Assembly (NCBI GenBank): GCA_013166775.1
Contig: JABLTJ010000008.1
Span: forward strand, 1 to 64,000
DNA from: Promethearchaeati archaeon
Lineage (GTDB): Archaea > Asgardarchaeota > Heimdallarchaeia > Heimdallarchaeales > Heimdallarchaeaceae
Reading direction: 5' to 3'
DNA length: 64,000 bases
The notes beneath the pieces were generated by a model. It was given only the letters and a program-made list of their open reading frames with translations. It searched no databases and was not told where the DNA came from. The first letter of the stretch is position 1, and each line of letters starts with the position of its first letter. This document shows positions 49,314 through 58,728 of the stretch, piece after piece. The translations under genes and the position numbers were made by a program.

Positions 49314-50179
49314 TCCTTACTAACTGAAGCTCTTCCCCTCTTTTGGAGATCTAAAAGATGATCTGTTAATGTCGGTCTACCTTCAATATCTACAAATTTT
49401 CCAACAATCAGTGGTCCATCTTTTTCTATACCAACCTCTCGTGTGTCAGCTCCGTGTTGTAGTTCTGTGTGATCCTTATAGAATTCAAGTATCATCTTTC
49501 CTTCTGCTAATTGATTCCGACGTCCATAGGTTGTGGGGCAACTACCAAGAACCTCAACAAATGAGAATCCTTTCTTAGAAAGAGCTTCTACGAGAGAATC
49601 TTTCATCCTTCTTACATCCAATGCAGTCCACCTTGCAACATATACTGCTCCACAAGAGGTTGCTAAATCAGGTAAGTTAAATGGCTCTTCAACTGCACCA
49701 TAAGGGGCGGTGGTTTGAAATTGACCTATGTAAGAAGTGGGCCCAACTTGACCTCCAGTCATACCATAGTTAAAATTGTTTACACAAATAACAGTTATAT
49801 CTGCATTTCTTCTTGCAGCATGAATGAAATGATTCCCACCTATTGCAAAGAGATCTCCATCTCCTGAAATAACAATTACCTTTCGTTCAGGATCTGTTAT
49901 ACCTAATCCGATTGCAAATGGAATAGCTCTTCCATGTGTTGTATGAAAACTATCAAAGTTTAGATATCCTGATATTCTGCCTGTGCATCCAATTCCAGAT
50001 ACTACTGCAACTTTTTTTGGATCTAATCCTGCTGCAAGTATTGCATCTACTATAACAGTTGTTATCGAACCCAAACTACAACCTGGGCAGAAAATATGTG
50101 GAATCCTTCCTTTTCTCAAATAACCATCCAAAGGGTGTTCATGAGATTCAATTAACTCAATTTTTTCTTCTACCATCAT
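49310..50179 (-). CDS. korB: 2-oxoglutarate-type ferredoxin oxidoreductase beta subunit
   Basis: FCPGC, SGIGC, HTTHGRA, GDGD..IGGNH, NYGMTGGQ. Confidence 0.9.
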   Translation of the reverse strand: MMVEEKIELIESHEHPLDGYLRKGRIPHIFCPGCSLGSITTVIVDAILAAGLDPKKVAVVSGIGCTGRISGYLNFDSFHTTHGRAIPFAIGLGITDPERKVIVISGDGDLFAIGGNHFIHAARRNADITVICVNNFNYGMTGGQVGPTSYIGQFQTTAPYGAVEEPFNLPDLATSCGAVYVARWTALDVRRMKDSLVEALSKKGFSFVEVLGSCPTTYGRRNQLAEGKMILEFYKDHTELQHGADTREVGIEKDGPLIVGKFVDIEGRPTLTDHLLDLQKRGRASVSKE

Positions 50180-51348
50180 TTACCCTTCTCTATTTCTTTT
50201 AAAATCTCTTCAGGAGTATGTATTGCTCCCCCTAGTTTGAAAATTCCTTTAACTTCAGTTTTACCATGAGACGATCTTTCGATTTCTCTAGTTATTTGTC
50301 CATAGTTTATTTCAGGAACAATAATTTTCTTCACTTGATCTGCTAGTAAATCTATTCTCTCATCAGGAAATGGCCAAACAGTTATTAACCTTAACAGACC
50401 TACTTTAATGCCTTTTTTCCTTGCTCTATTAACAGATCCCTTTGCAGCTCTTGCACTTGTTCCAAAGGAAATTAAAGCAATATCTGCATCATCCAATTTA
50501 TATTCTTCAGTTTTGATAATTTTCTTTTTGTTCTTTCGAATTTTGTCATTGATTCTTCTTACATTTTTTTCTTGTGCTTCAGCGGATATTTCAGGATAAC
50601 CTCTCTCATCATGAGTCAAACCTGTCATCATAACTCGATAACCATCACCTGCTATTGCCATCAGTGGTACAAGATCTTTCCCTGCTTTATATGGTAAATA
50701 TTCTTCTGGTGGTACTGTAGGCTTTTTTCTGTTCACAATTTTTATTTTCTCTTTAGCCGGAATTACAAGTTTTTCACTCATATGACCGATTGTTTCATCC
50801 ATAAGAAATGTAACAGGCAACCGATATTGTTCTGAAAAATTAAAAGCTGATATAACTAGATCGAAACTCTCTTGGACAGTACTTGGAGATATTACAATTG
50901 GTTCATAATCTCCATGTGAACCCCATTTTGTTTGCATGACATCTTGTTGTCCAACTAAAGTTGGTAATCCTGTTGAGGGACCACCTCTCTGCACATTCAC
51001 TATTACACAAGGTGTTTCAGTCATCATTCCTAAACCTATATTTTCTACCATTAAAGAATAGCCTGGTCCTGATGTAGCAGTCATACTTTTAGATCCTCCC
51101 CAAGATGCACCAAGAATACTTGCTATTGAGGCAATTTCATCTTCAAACTGGACAAAATGACCATTAATTTGAGGTAATCTTCTTGCCATATGTTCAGCAA
51201 TTTCAGAACTTGGAGTGATTGGATATCCTCCGAAGAACTTACATCCAGCAGCAAGTGAACCTTCTGCTACAGCAATGTTGCCAGTTACGAAATGTTTACC
51301 TGTCATAACTTCAAGCAATTCAGCTTCTTCTTTACTCATCTTCTTCAC
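50176..51348 (-). CDS. korA: 2-oxoglutarate-type ferredoxin oxidoreductase alpha subunit
   Basis: [32 protein letters not shown]. Confidence 0.9.
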   Translation of the reverse strand: MKKMSKEEAELLEVMTGKHFVTGNIAVAEGSLAAGCKFFGGYPITPSSEIAEHMARRLPQINGHFVQFEDEIASIASILGASWGGSKSMTATSGPGYSLMVENIGLGMMTETPCVIVNVQRGGPSTGLPTLVGQQDVMQTKWGSHGDYEPIVISPSTVQESFDLVISAFNFSEQYRLPVTFLMDETIGHMSEKLVIPAKEKIKIVNRKKPTVPPEEYLPYKAGKDLVPLMAIAGDGYRVMMTGLTHDERGYPEISAEAQEKNVRRINDKIRKNKKKIIKTEEYKLDDADIALISFGTSARAAKGSVNRARKKGIKVGLLRLITVWPFPDERIDLLADQVKKIIVPEINYGQITREIERSSHGKTEVKGIFKLGGAIHTPEEILKEIEKGK

Positions 51349-51655
51349 TTCCTTCTTCCTCTTCAGGAGCTACAACAAAAATCGCAAATTCTGGGCAAAT
51401 CAATTCACAAAAGTGACATTCAGCACAATCATCGAATGTTTTACCATCAATAAGTTTGGGTGGATGATATCCTTTTTCATTAATTTCACCTGATTTCTCA
51501 AGAATCTCTTCAGGGCAGTGAATAATACACCACTCACACTCTTTGCATCTTTCCTTAATTAAGAAAACCTGGGGGGCTTTACTTTTATATTTACTAATGT
51601 CAATAAAAGCAGGCCATTCCGGTTTTTTCCTTCGTCTATCTAGTGACGATTTCAT
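51332..51655 (-). CDS. korD: 2x[4Fe-4S] delta subunit of the 2-oxoacid oxidoreductase
   Basis: [28 protein letters not shown]. Confidence 0.88.
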   Translation of the reverse strand: MKSSLDRRRKKPEWPAFIDISKYKSKAPQVFLIKERCKECEWCIIHCPEEILEKSGEINEKGYHPPKLIDGKTFDDCAECHFCELICPEFAIFVVAPEEEEGSEEDE

Positions 51656-51692
51656 TAAAAATTACCATTATCTGATGTTGAGCGCGGACAAG

Positions 51693-51729
51693 TGTTTACT
51701 TATATAAAGTTTTATCTTTGTAAACAATT
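51693..51729 (-). promoter_or_regulatory. Probable promoter of the kor-hdr-mvh-flx operon, flanked by inverted repeat TGTTTAC-N20-GTAAACA
   Basis: Minus-strand TTTATATAAG at 51699-51708 lies between the arms. Confidence 0.5.
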
Positions 51730-51889
51730 ATAATATTAAGTGTTTTCTAAAAATAAAGGAAATCGAATTTTACTTAGATTTCATCTATTTTTTGTAGACA
51801 ATTGCTAAATTTGAACGATTTTTTATGATTTTTTTTCTGAACCTTTTTCCCCTGAAGAAAAATTAAAAAGAAAGAACGAAATATAATAG

Positions 51890-52540
51890 TTGTTAAGTAT
51901 GTTAACCAGAGATTTAAGTGTGACAGTTCTTGGGAATACTGGTGTTGGAAAATCAACTCTTATTCGCCGTTTAAAGGGAGAAAAAATAGAGGATATCAGC
52001 CCTACTACTAGCATTGAGGTTCATCAAAAATCAATACGATTAAAAAGTCAATCTTACAAATCTGCATTTAGTATAGAAAAATACCGAAATTATAGAGTTA
52101 GAGCTATTGATTGTCCTGGTGATATGAGTCTATGGCCTTACTGGAAAAAAGCTCTAGCTGATTACAATACAAATGGAATAATTTTTATGATTGATCCAAC
52201 ACAAGACGCAAAAGTACAAATCGACGCTTTAACTCAAGTATCAAACTATTTTCTTATGACTTTGGATGACGATGTAGTGAGAGCCGAAAGAAAAGCACGA
52301 AAAGTCAAAGCAATATTCTTTCTAGTTGTCAATAAAGTGGATCTCTTGGAACATAGTAAAGGAAAAGCAGATCAAATTCTTCGCGAACACTATCAAAATG
52401 CTTGGAATCATCTTAAAGAAAGATATCCAAATAGTGGGCACTATTGGGAAGCTATCTCTGCTATTGATGAATCGGAAAAAATGGATGAATCGATTGATGG
52501 TGTTTTTGAAACCATAAAAAGAGAGATTTATGGAGATTAA
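51890..52540 (+). CDS. Small Ras-superfamily GTPase (Arf-like)
   Basis: G1 GNTGVGKST, G2 PTT, G3 DCPG, LWPYW, GIIFMID, G4 NKVD, G5 SAI. Confidence 0.88.
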   Translation: MLSMLTRDLSVTVLGNTGVGKSTLIRRLKGEKIEDISPTTSIEVHQKSIRLKSQSYKSAFSIEKYRNYRVRAIDCPGDMSLWPYWKKALADYNTNGIIFMIDPTQDAKVQIDALTQVSNYFLMTLDDDVVRAERKARKVKAIFFLVVNKVDLLEHSKGKADQILREHYQNAWNHLKERYPNSGHYWEAISAIDESEKMDESIDGVFETIKREIYGD

Positions 52541-52606
52541 TTTTTCAATTTTTCATTCAATAGAAAAACTTAATTTATTTTTATCTCAACCACTGCTAGT
52601 GGTTTT

Positions 52607-53524
52607 ATGAGTAACAATCCAGAAGAACCTGAAGAAGAGCTTCAAGAAGAACCTGAAGAAGAGCTTCAAGAAGAACCTGAAGAAGAGCTTCAAGAAGAAC
52701 CTGAAGAAGAATCTCAAGAAGAGCCTCAAGAAGAGCTTCAAGAAGAGCCTCAAGAAGAATCTCAAGAAGAGCCTCAAGAAGAATCTCAAGAAGAATCTCA
52801 AGAAGAATCTCAAGAAGAATCTCAAGAAGAATCTCAAGAAGAATCTCAAGAAGAATCTGAGGTAGAAACAAAGAAAGAAAAGAAAAAATATGTTCACAAC
52901 TGCACAAAGTGTGGTTCTTGTTGTGAAAAATGGCAAGAAATTCCCATCTACATAGAAGATATGCAAAGATGGCTTATCGATGGTAGCATTCAATATATAT
53001 TACCATTTCTTCAAGTTAGAATTTCTCCTCCAGCTTATGTCCGTCTAGTTCTGCAAAAACCTTCAGTTGAAGGAGAAGATCCAAATCCCTCCGGATGCCC
53101 TCTCTATGACTTTGAGAACAAGATATGTAACTTGTACTCTTCTATGCCTTTACACTGTGCCTCATATCCCCTAGCTTTTAATGGAGAAAATTTCTATCTT
53201 GTTGATTCGGAATCTCCTGGGTTGGGAAACGAAACAATGACAGCTGAATCTCTAGAATCAGCTAGAAATGTAGCTAAAGAACACTTTTCAGCTCTCTCAT
53301 CATCGAGTGCTCTCTTACCTGTGCTTTACAATATTATCTTGATGAACATAATGCAACAGAGTCAAGAAGCTATGAAAGCTCTATCAGATGAAGATAAAGA
53401 ACAGTTAGAAAAACTTCTTTCGAAATCAAATGAGGATACTGAAGAAATTACTGAAGAAATTACTGAAGAAATTACTGAAGAAATTACTGAAGACGATGCT
53501 GCTCCAAGTTCAGATGAAGAATAG
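52607..53524 (+). CDS. YkgJ-like cysteine-cluster (Zn/Fe-chelating) protein with acidic repeat termini
   Basis: CTKCGSCC, CPLYD..ICNLY..MP..CASYP. Confidence 0.82.
   Translation: MSNNPEEPEEELQEEPEEELQEEPEEELQEEPEEESQEEPQEELQEEPQEESQEEPQEESQEESQEESQEESQEESQEESQEESEVETKKEKKKYVHNCTKCGSCCEKWQEIPIYIEDMQRWLIDGSIQYILPFLQVRISPPAYVRLVLQKPSVEGEDPNPSGCPLYDFENKICNLYSSMPLHCASYPLAFNGENFYLVDSESPGLGNETMTAESLESARNVAKEHFSALSSSSALLPVLYNIILMNIMQQSQEAMKALSDEDKEQLEKLLSKSNEDTEEITEEITEEITEEITEDDAAPSSDEE
52620..52859 (+). repeat. 12-bp-period coding minisatellite (EEPE/EELQ/EEPQ/EESQ), about 20 units
   Basis: GAAGAACCTGAA, GAAGAGCTTCAA and GAAGAATCTCAA units in tandem. Confidence 0.95.
53438..53493 (+). repeat. 12-bp tandem repeat ACTGAAGAAATT x4 plus partial unit (TEEI)
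   Basis: Directly visible in the sequence. Confidence 0.95.
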
Positions 53525-53531
53525 TCTAATT

Positions 53532-54212
53532 TTATTCCTCATCATCTTGACAGTACATCGCGCCTGATTCCATTAGATGACCATCTTTAGCTTTAGTATC
53601 TAAGTATTTTTTATTGTATACATTCGGTGTGATTGCAACAGGGATTCTATCTGTAACATTAACTCCACTTTCACAAAGTCCTGCAACTTTAGTTGGGTTG
53701 TTGGTTATCAATTTTAGAGATTTAACTTTCAAAGATTTTAGAATATCTACTGCAACCAAATAAGACCTCTCATCAGCTTTGAAGCCCAGCAATTCATTTG
53801 CTTCATTTGTATCATACCCCATCTCTTGCAGAGAATAAGCTTTTAGCTTGTTAAACAACCCTATTCCTCTACCTTCTTGTCTTAGATAAATTAAAATTCC
53901 ATCATCTTCTTTTGATAGAATATTTAATGCATATTCCAATTGTTCTCTGCAGTCACATCTCAAAGATGTAAAAACATCACCTGTTAGGCACTCAGAATGA
54001 ATTCTAACTGGTATGTTTTCTTTATTAAATGGGCTCCCTCGATAAATAACGGTATGTTCTTTCATATCCCTTAGGCTAAGAACACCAATAATTTTAAATT
54101 CACCAAATCGTGTTGGTAATTCGGCAAGGGATCCAAAATGTATTAATTCTGTATCCTCTAAACCCAATTCGATGATTTTAGTCCGTACCTTTTTCTCAAC
54201 GTCTTCTGTCAA
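53532..54212 (-). CDS. ribA: GTP cyclohydrolase II
   Basis: LPTRFG, VRIHSECLTGDVF.SLRCDC..QL, LRQEGRGIGL.NK, ITNNP.K. Confidence 0.95.
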   Translation of the reverse strand: MTEDVEKKVRTKIIELGLEDTELIHFGSLAELPTRFGEFKIIGVLSLRDMKEHTVIYRGSPFNKENIPVRIHSECLTGDVFTSLRCDCREQLEYALNILSKEDDGILIYLRQEGRGIGLFNKLKAYSLQEMGYDTNEANELLGFKADERSYLVAVDILKSLKVKSLKLITNNPTKVAGLCESGVNVTDRIPVAITPNVYNKKYLDTKAKDGHLMESGAMYCQDDEE

Positions 54213-54268
54213 AGCAGTTCCTCTCTCAACTGAATAATGTTTTTAGCTTTTTTAATCTTAAGTTCTAA

Positions 54269-54571
54269 CTAATAAGTTATTTTGAAGTTGGGTAGATCTT
54301 CCTTTGAATCTTCCCACTTTACATCTGTATTGTAAACTTTAGCAGAAGGAGGTCCTACTCTTGCAAAAGAAATCAGTTTAGTCAAATCCTCTTCCTCACC
54401 TTCCGCAACAATTTCTACTGAACCATCTCTCACATTTCTGACTGTCCCTTTTAAACCAAGTTTTTGAGCGAAATCACGAGTATTAGCTCTGAAAAAAACA
54501 CCTTGAACCATTCCATATACTTGAATTGTCACTCGTTTTTTATTATTTGTCATTTCCATCACTTCTTCCAA
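54269..54571 (-). CDS. acyP: Acylphosphatase
   Basis: GMVQGVFFR, GTVRN..DGSVE, GPPSAKV; true start may be 54553. Confidence 0.93.
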   Translation of the reverse strand: MEEVMEMTNNKKRVTIQVYGMVQGVFFRANTRDFAQKLGLKGTVRNVRDGSVEIVAEGEEEDLTKLISFARVGPPSAKVYNTDVKWEDSKEDLPNFKITY

Positions 54572-55340
54572 CTTTCTGAATAATCTTATCTACAAATTCT
54601 GGTAAAGTTTTTTCACACGGACCATAAATAGAATAATCACTTAAATCAGATATAGGTGTTTTTTCTATATTGAATTCTATAATAACGGATTCGTTACGTT
54701 TTGCTAGATAAGGTAAAGAAGCAACGGGATGCACTATTCCTGAAGTTCCGATAATTAACAAGATTTGTGCTTGCAAAGTCCAATCGAGAGCTATGCTCCA
54801 ATTATTGCTTTCTAAAGTCTCCCCAAACCAAACAACATCAGGTCTAAGCAAATTTTCCTTGCATTCAGAACATAAAGGTGGTTCCATATCTTTTTGAGCT
54901 AATTCTAGCTTATCCCATCTTTCAATGTGTGAACAAGAGGTGCATCTGGCATATCTTATTCTCCCGTGAATTTCTACATAGTTTTTAATACCTGCAATTT
55001 CATGTAGACCGTCAACATTCTGAGTGATGACTCCAGTAGCAAGATTAGCTTTCTCTAGTTTTTTTAGAGCAATATGGGCAGGATTTGGTTTAGCATTCAG
55101 TAAAATTCTCATTCTAGCTCTATACCATTCCCAGACTAGTTTAGGATCTCTAGCAAAAGCATAGGGTGTTGCTAAATCTTCTGCTCTATATTGATTCCAT
55201 AATCCATCTTCACCACGAAAGGTTGGCATACCAGAAGCTTTGGAAATACCAGCTCCTATTACTGAAACTATACTATGATCTACTAATTCGAGTTTTTCAA
55301 CAACGGAATCAATATTCATATCCTCAATAATATCTCCCAT
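54543..55340 (-). CDS. cobB: Class III sirtuin (CobB-like deacylase)
   Basis: GAGISKASG.PTFRG.DGLW, WEWYRAR, TQNVDGLH, EIHG, LRPDVVWFGE, GTSG. Confidence 0.9.
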   Translation of the reverse strand: MGDIIEDMNIDSVVEKLELVDHSIVSVIGAGISKASGMPTFRGEDGLWNQYRAEDLATPYAFARDPKLVWEWYRARMRILLNAKPNPAHIALKKLEKANLATGVITQNVDGLHEIAGIKNYVEIHGRIRYARCTSCSHIERWDKLELAQKDMEPPLCSECKENLLRPDVVWFGETLESNNWSIALDWTLQAQILLIIGTSGIVHPVASLPYLAKRNESVIIEFNIEKTPISDLSDYSIYGPCEKTLPEFVDKIIQKVGRSDGNDK

Positions 55341-55397
55341 AAATAAAAATGTATAGTGAAAAGATAAAATGAGATTACTATCGTATCTTTGATGATT

Positions 55398-56501
55398 TTA
55401 GATATTAAATTTACGTTTCTTTCCTGTAATCTCTTGATATAGTTTGTCGATACTATTAGCATACTCAGGATACCTAGTATATGCAATTTGGAATGCCATA
55501 TCTAATTCGGATTCTTCTAGATTAGCAAATTGCTGTTTTGGATTTGTTGTTAAAGCATAATACTGTGAGATTATACTTGTGCCTGAATATCTGATGATTT
55601 TTACAACTTCTTCCTCTAATTTTCTGACTACTGCATCTATTATATCTTTGTGAGCATATCCTCCGCCTTCTGCGTCAGCTTGTATTCTTTGTATAATCTT
55701 CTTAGAGAAATCACTCTCTTCTCCTCCTTTTGCTGAACCAACCGTCAAATCACAAATAACATTTGCAGGATAATTTGATAGAAGTTCCGGAGTTGCGAAT
55801 AAAACATCGAACTGATCAGGTGAAACATATTCAGGTGGGAATAGTGATACTAGTAATTCTCTTCTAGGTTGAAATGATTGGAGAGAAGATAGAAATGGTT
55901 TAACCATCTCTTTTGAGCACATTACTATTACTGGTTTTCCATTTAGTAATGCATGAACTACTCTATCCTGTCCTTTGATGATTAGTCTCATAAAGAAATA
56001 AGGGGACGCGGCAGATCTTACTATTTCTATTGTCTGAACACCAGCTGCAAGATCCTGTTTACTTTCTAATATAGAATTGAGATTTGTTGCCCAATTGAAT
56101 ACTCTAGTCTTTAGTGATTCATCCATTTGATAGCCTGGCTCATACAAAAGAAGACCTGATATTTGTTTTGCTGTGTTTGAACTGTGATAATTGAAAACTG
56201 GCACTTTTGTGTATAATTGTGATTGTAATTCTTCTGGGATAATAAAGGTAAGACAAGCCATTGTTATGGGAGATCTCTTGCTTTTGCAAGGAACACCAAA
56301 GAAGAAAGAGTAAGAAACTCCACCTATGTCATGAAGTGGCATAACTGCACTCGCTTCTCTTAAAATATCAGTAGCTGCAGCTCCCATAAGCATACGAATA
56401 GATATCTTCTGAGATTCTTCTTCAGATAGATTATCAAAGTATATTGCTTTTGTTCCAACTGTATCATCAAATACGCTAAAACAAACTTTGTTTACCATCA
56501 A
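55398..56501 (-). CDS. DENN/folliculin-like protein (longin-like N-terminus)
   Basis: CFSVFDDTVG; YSFFFGVP..KRS..MACLTFII; VHALLNGKPVIV. Recognised by pattern only. Confidence 0.55.
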   Translation of the reverse strand: MMVNKVCFSVFDDTVGTKAIYFDNLSEEESQKISIRMLMGAAATDILREASAVMPLHDIGGVSYSFFFGVPCKSKRSPITMACLTFIIPEELQSQLYTKVPVFNYHSSNTAKQISGLLLYEPGYQMDESLKTRVFNWATNLNSILESKQDLAAGVQTIEIVRSAASPYFFMRLIIKGQDRVVHALLNGKPVIVMCSKEMVKPFLSSLQSFQPRRELLVSLFPPEYVSPDQFDVLFATPELLSNYPANVICDLTVGSAKGGEESDFSKKIIQRIQADAEGGGYAHKDIIDAVVRKLEEEVVKIIRYSGTSIISQYYALTTNPKQQFANLEESELDMAFQIAYTRYPEYANSIDKLYQEITGKKRKFNI

Positions 56502-56661
56502 TCTTTATTGGCGTTAAGTTTCTATTAAATGTATTGTTGAGGGAAATCAAGAATTGAGTAGTTGGCGTTTAAGAACCTTAAAATCTTGAATGTAGAACAA
56601 GAAGAAACATATTGTTTTTAAAGGCTATTTACATAGATAAAATACCTATCCGGTGATATGA

Positions 56662-56991
56662 GTGGTAGAAAATGGAGAAATTCAAAAAGAACTAACTGAA
56701 CGGTTAGGTAGAACAAAACGACTAATTCTCATAGAGCTTTCGAAGGGAGCTGCCGGATATAAGAAACTTTCAAAGAAGCTGAAAATCGGTTTAGACACAA
56801 TACGTTCTCATGTTAAAACAGGTAAGCATTCAAAATCACTAACGCAACTCGGTCTGATAAAACAAGAGGAAAGGGGATGGTCTGTAACTGATTTAGGTTT
56901 TGATGTATTGGAATTATTGAAGAGAGATCCAGAATTTGCTCCCTTCTTTGTCGTTGACCCAACTTTAAAAGAAAAAGAACTTGATTCCTAA
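56662..56991 (+). CDS. Winged helix-turn-helix protein
   Basis: ILIEL....GY.KLS.KL.I..DTIRSH...L..LGLI....W.VT.LG. Confidence 0.75.
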   Translation: MVENGEIQKELTERLGRTKRLILIELSKGAAGYKKLSKKLKIGLDTIRSHVKTGKHSKSLTQLGLIKQEERGWSVTDLGFDVLELLKRDPEFAPFFVVDPTLKEKELDS

Positions 56992-57037
56992 GAATCGATT
57001 TTTCTTCTTTTTTTTCTCTTTTTAAAGAAAGGGAACC

Positions 57038-58666
57038 TCAATAACACTCTAAAGCTTTTTCCAAAAACTTGATTGTCTTTTCTTTACTAAGTGCATCTAT
57101 CAAGGTTCCTGCTCTTGGACCAAATTTCTTGCTAAGAACGGATACATATAATGCTCTAAAGAAGTTTGCAGTTTTGATTTCTTTTTCTTTAGCTATCTTA
57201 TACAAGTATTGAGTAATATCATCACCATGAAGATTATCTGGAAGTTCTTTGATAGCAGCAAGTAGGTTTTCATAAATTCCTTGTTCTAACTGATTAACCA
57301 TATCACAATCTGTCTTTTCTGAGATGCTGAATTTAAAATTGTCATTTGCATAGTTATCTAGCCAATATTTTGTTCGAGTAAAATTTTGTTCAAATGTTAC
57401 TTCAAGTTGTTTGGAGTCTTCTATTGAGGATCGTTCAACCATTTTCTGAAATGTTTTGTCTCTGTCGAACATGAAGACTTGCATCAGTGTAGCTAGATGT
57501 CCTATTTCTATAGGTAGTTGATTTGAAACAGAGTCTTTATCGATTAGTGCAAGTTCAAAAGCTTTCCAAGTTTTTTCCTTTGACTTCTGATGATCTACGC
57601 CTTCACCATAGATATACACTTCTCTTGCTTTAGAAAATTCTGAAGCAATTTTCGGGAGATCATTTTTGACATCAAAATCAAAATCTGTTCTCAGATTATG
57701 CCTATAAATTAAATATAGGAAAATCTCTGGATCAAGCATCTTATGGAACTCAGAGACAGGTACTCCGCTTCCTACACTTCCACTTGCTTTTTTTCCACCA
57801 ACTGTAAGAAAACCATGTTGAATCAATAATGGGAGCTTTGTTTTTCCAAAGATTTTTTCATGAAATGCAAGGGATGTATCAATTGATCCTCCTGCGGCAC
57901 CGTGGTCTTTACCTGAAGATTCAACTGAAACACCAAAGAAATCTTGTCTAGCTGCCCAGTCCAATCTCCATTTGAGCTTCCAAGTAGTGTCACCTAACAT
58001 TATCTTTCCTTGAAAACCACACCCATTTTTCTCCTTTTGACAGAGAATTTCCATTCTGATTTTACTGTTTTCTATTTCTGCACTCAATGTTTTTGGAGCA
58101 TCTATATTCTTACATTTTGGACATTGAATCATGAAGAAATCTTCCATTCTAGATCCTGTGATTCGCTCTGTTATCTCATAAACTTCCTCCTTTTTTTCTA
58201 TGAAGAGTTTTGCATATTTGTCATAATCTCCCTTTTTGTAGTATTCTGATATAATTGTTGGTTCAGGATTGACATCGAAATTATGCATGATATTAAGAGC
58301 ATCGTCGATAAAGTGCCCCGCGTAAGAATCATGGCATCCTAGCGGATCTGGTACTTCATTAATAGGATATCCTAAATATGGTTCTAATTCTTTTTCGAAT
58401 TTCTTAAAGAATGAAGGGATTCTATCAAATGGATCTTGATCATCAATATTAATTATAAATCTGGGATTTGTGCCTAGATTATCTAATTCTCTTGCAATGG
58501 CTCTGCATGTTACACCCTCTCTGAAATTTCCAAGATGATAATATCCACTAGGAGACCACCCTGTACAAACAGTTTGTTTTTGACCAAAAAGCTCTATTGC
58601 TTTTTCACTAATTACTGTTGCCCAGTGTTTAAAGGTCATATCTTCTGCTTCTTCTTGCTCTGACAT
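57038..58666 (-). CDS. lysS: Class I lysyl-tRNA synthetase
   Basis: SPSGYYHLGNFRE, KLKWRLDW, GKDHG, KASGS, GPR; ATG 58666 preferred as start. Confidence 0.93.
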   Translation of the reverse strand: MSEQEEAEDMTFKHWATVISEKAIELFGQKQTVCTGWSPSGYYHLGNFREGVTCRAIARELDNLGTNPRFIINIDDQDPFDRIPSFFKKFEKELEPYLGYPINEVPDPLGCHDSYAGHFIDDALNIMHNFDVNPEPTIISEYYKKGDYDKYAKLFIEKKEEVYEITERITGSRMEDFFMIQCPKCKNIDAPKTLSAEIENSKIRMEILCQKEKNGCGFQGKIMLGDTTWKLKWRLDWAARQDFFGVSVESSGKDHGAAGGSIDTSLAFHEKIFGKTKLPLLIQHGFLTVGGKKASGSVGSGVPVSEFHKMLDPEIFLYLIYRHNLRTDFDFDVKNDLPKIASEFSKAREVYIYGEGVDHQKSKEKTWKAFELALIDKDSVSNQLPIEIGHLATLMQVFMFDRDKTFQKMVERSSIEDSKQLEVTFEQNFTRTKYWLDNYANDNFKFSISEKTDCDMVNQLEQGIYENLLAAIKELPDNLHGDDITQYLYKIAKEKEIKTANFFRALYVSVLSKKFGPRAGTLIDALSKEKTIKFLEKALECY

Positions 58667-58728
58667 AATTGAAAGACATTTGATCAAAGTAACTTAAAAA
58701 TTGTGGTTTCCGAGCTAAAAATATGGAA

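Noticed and set aside
52620-52859. Possible CRISPR array
   Set aside because: Contiguous 12-bp units without spacers, in frame within a CDS; no cas genes nearby
52586-52993. Antisense ORFs (LRFF and LLEI repeats)
   Set aside because: Shadows of the stop-free 12-bp minisatellite in the plus-strand gene
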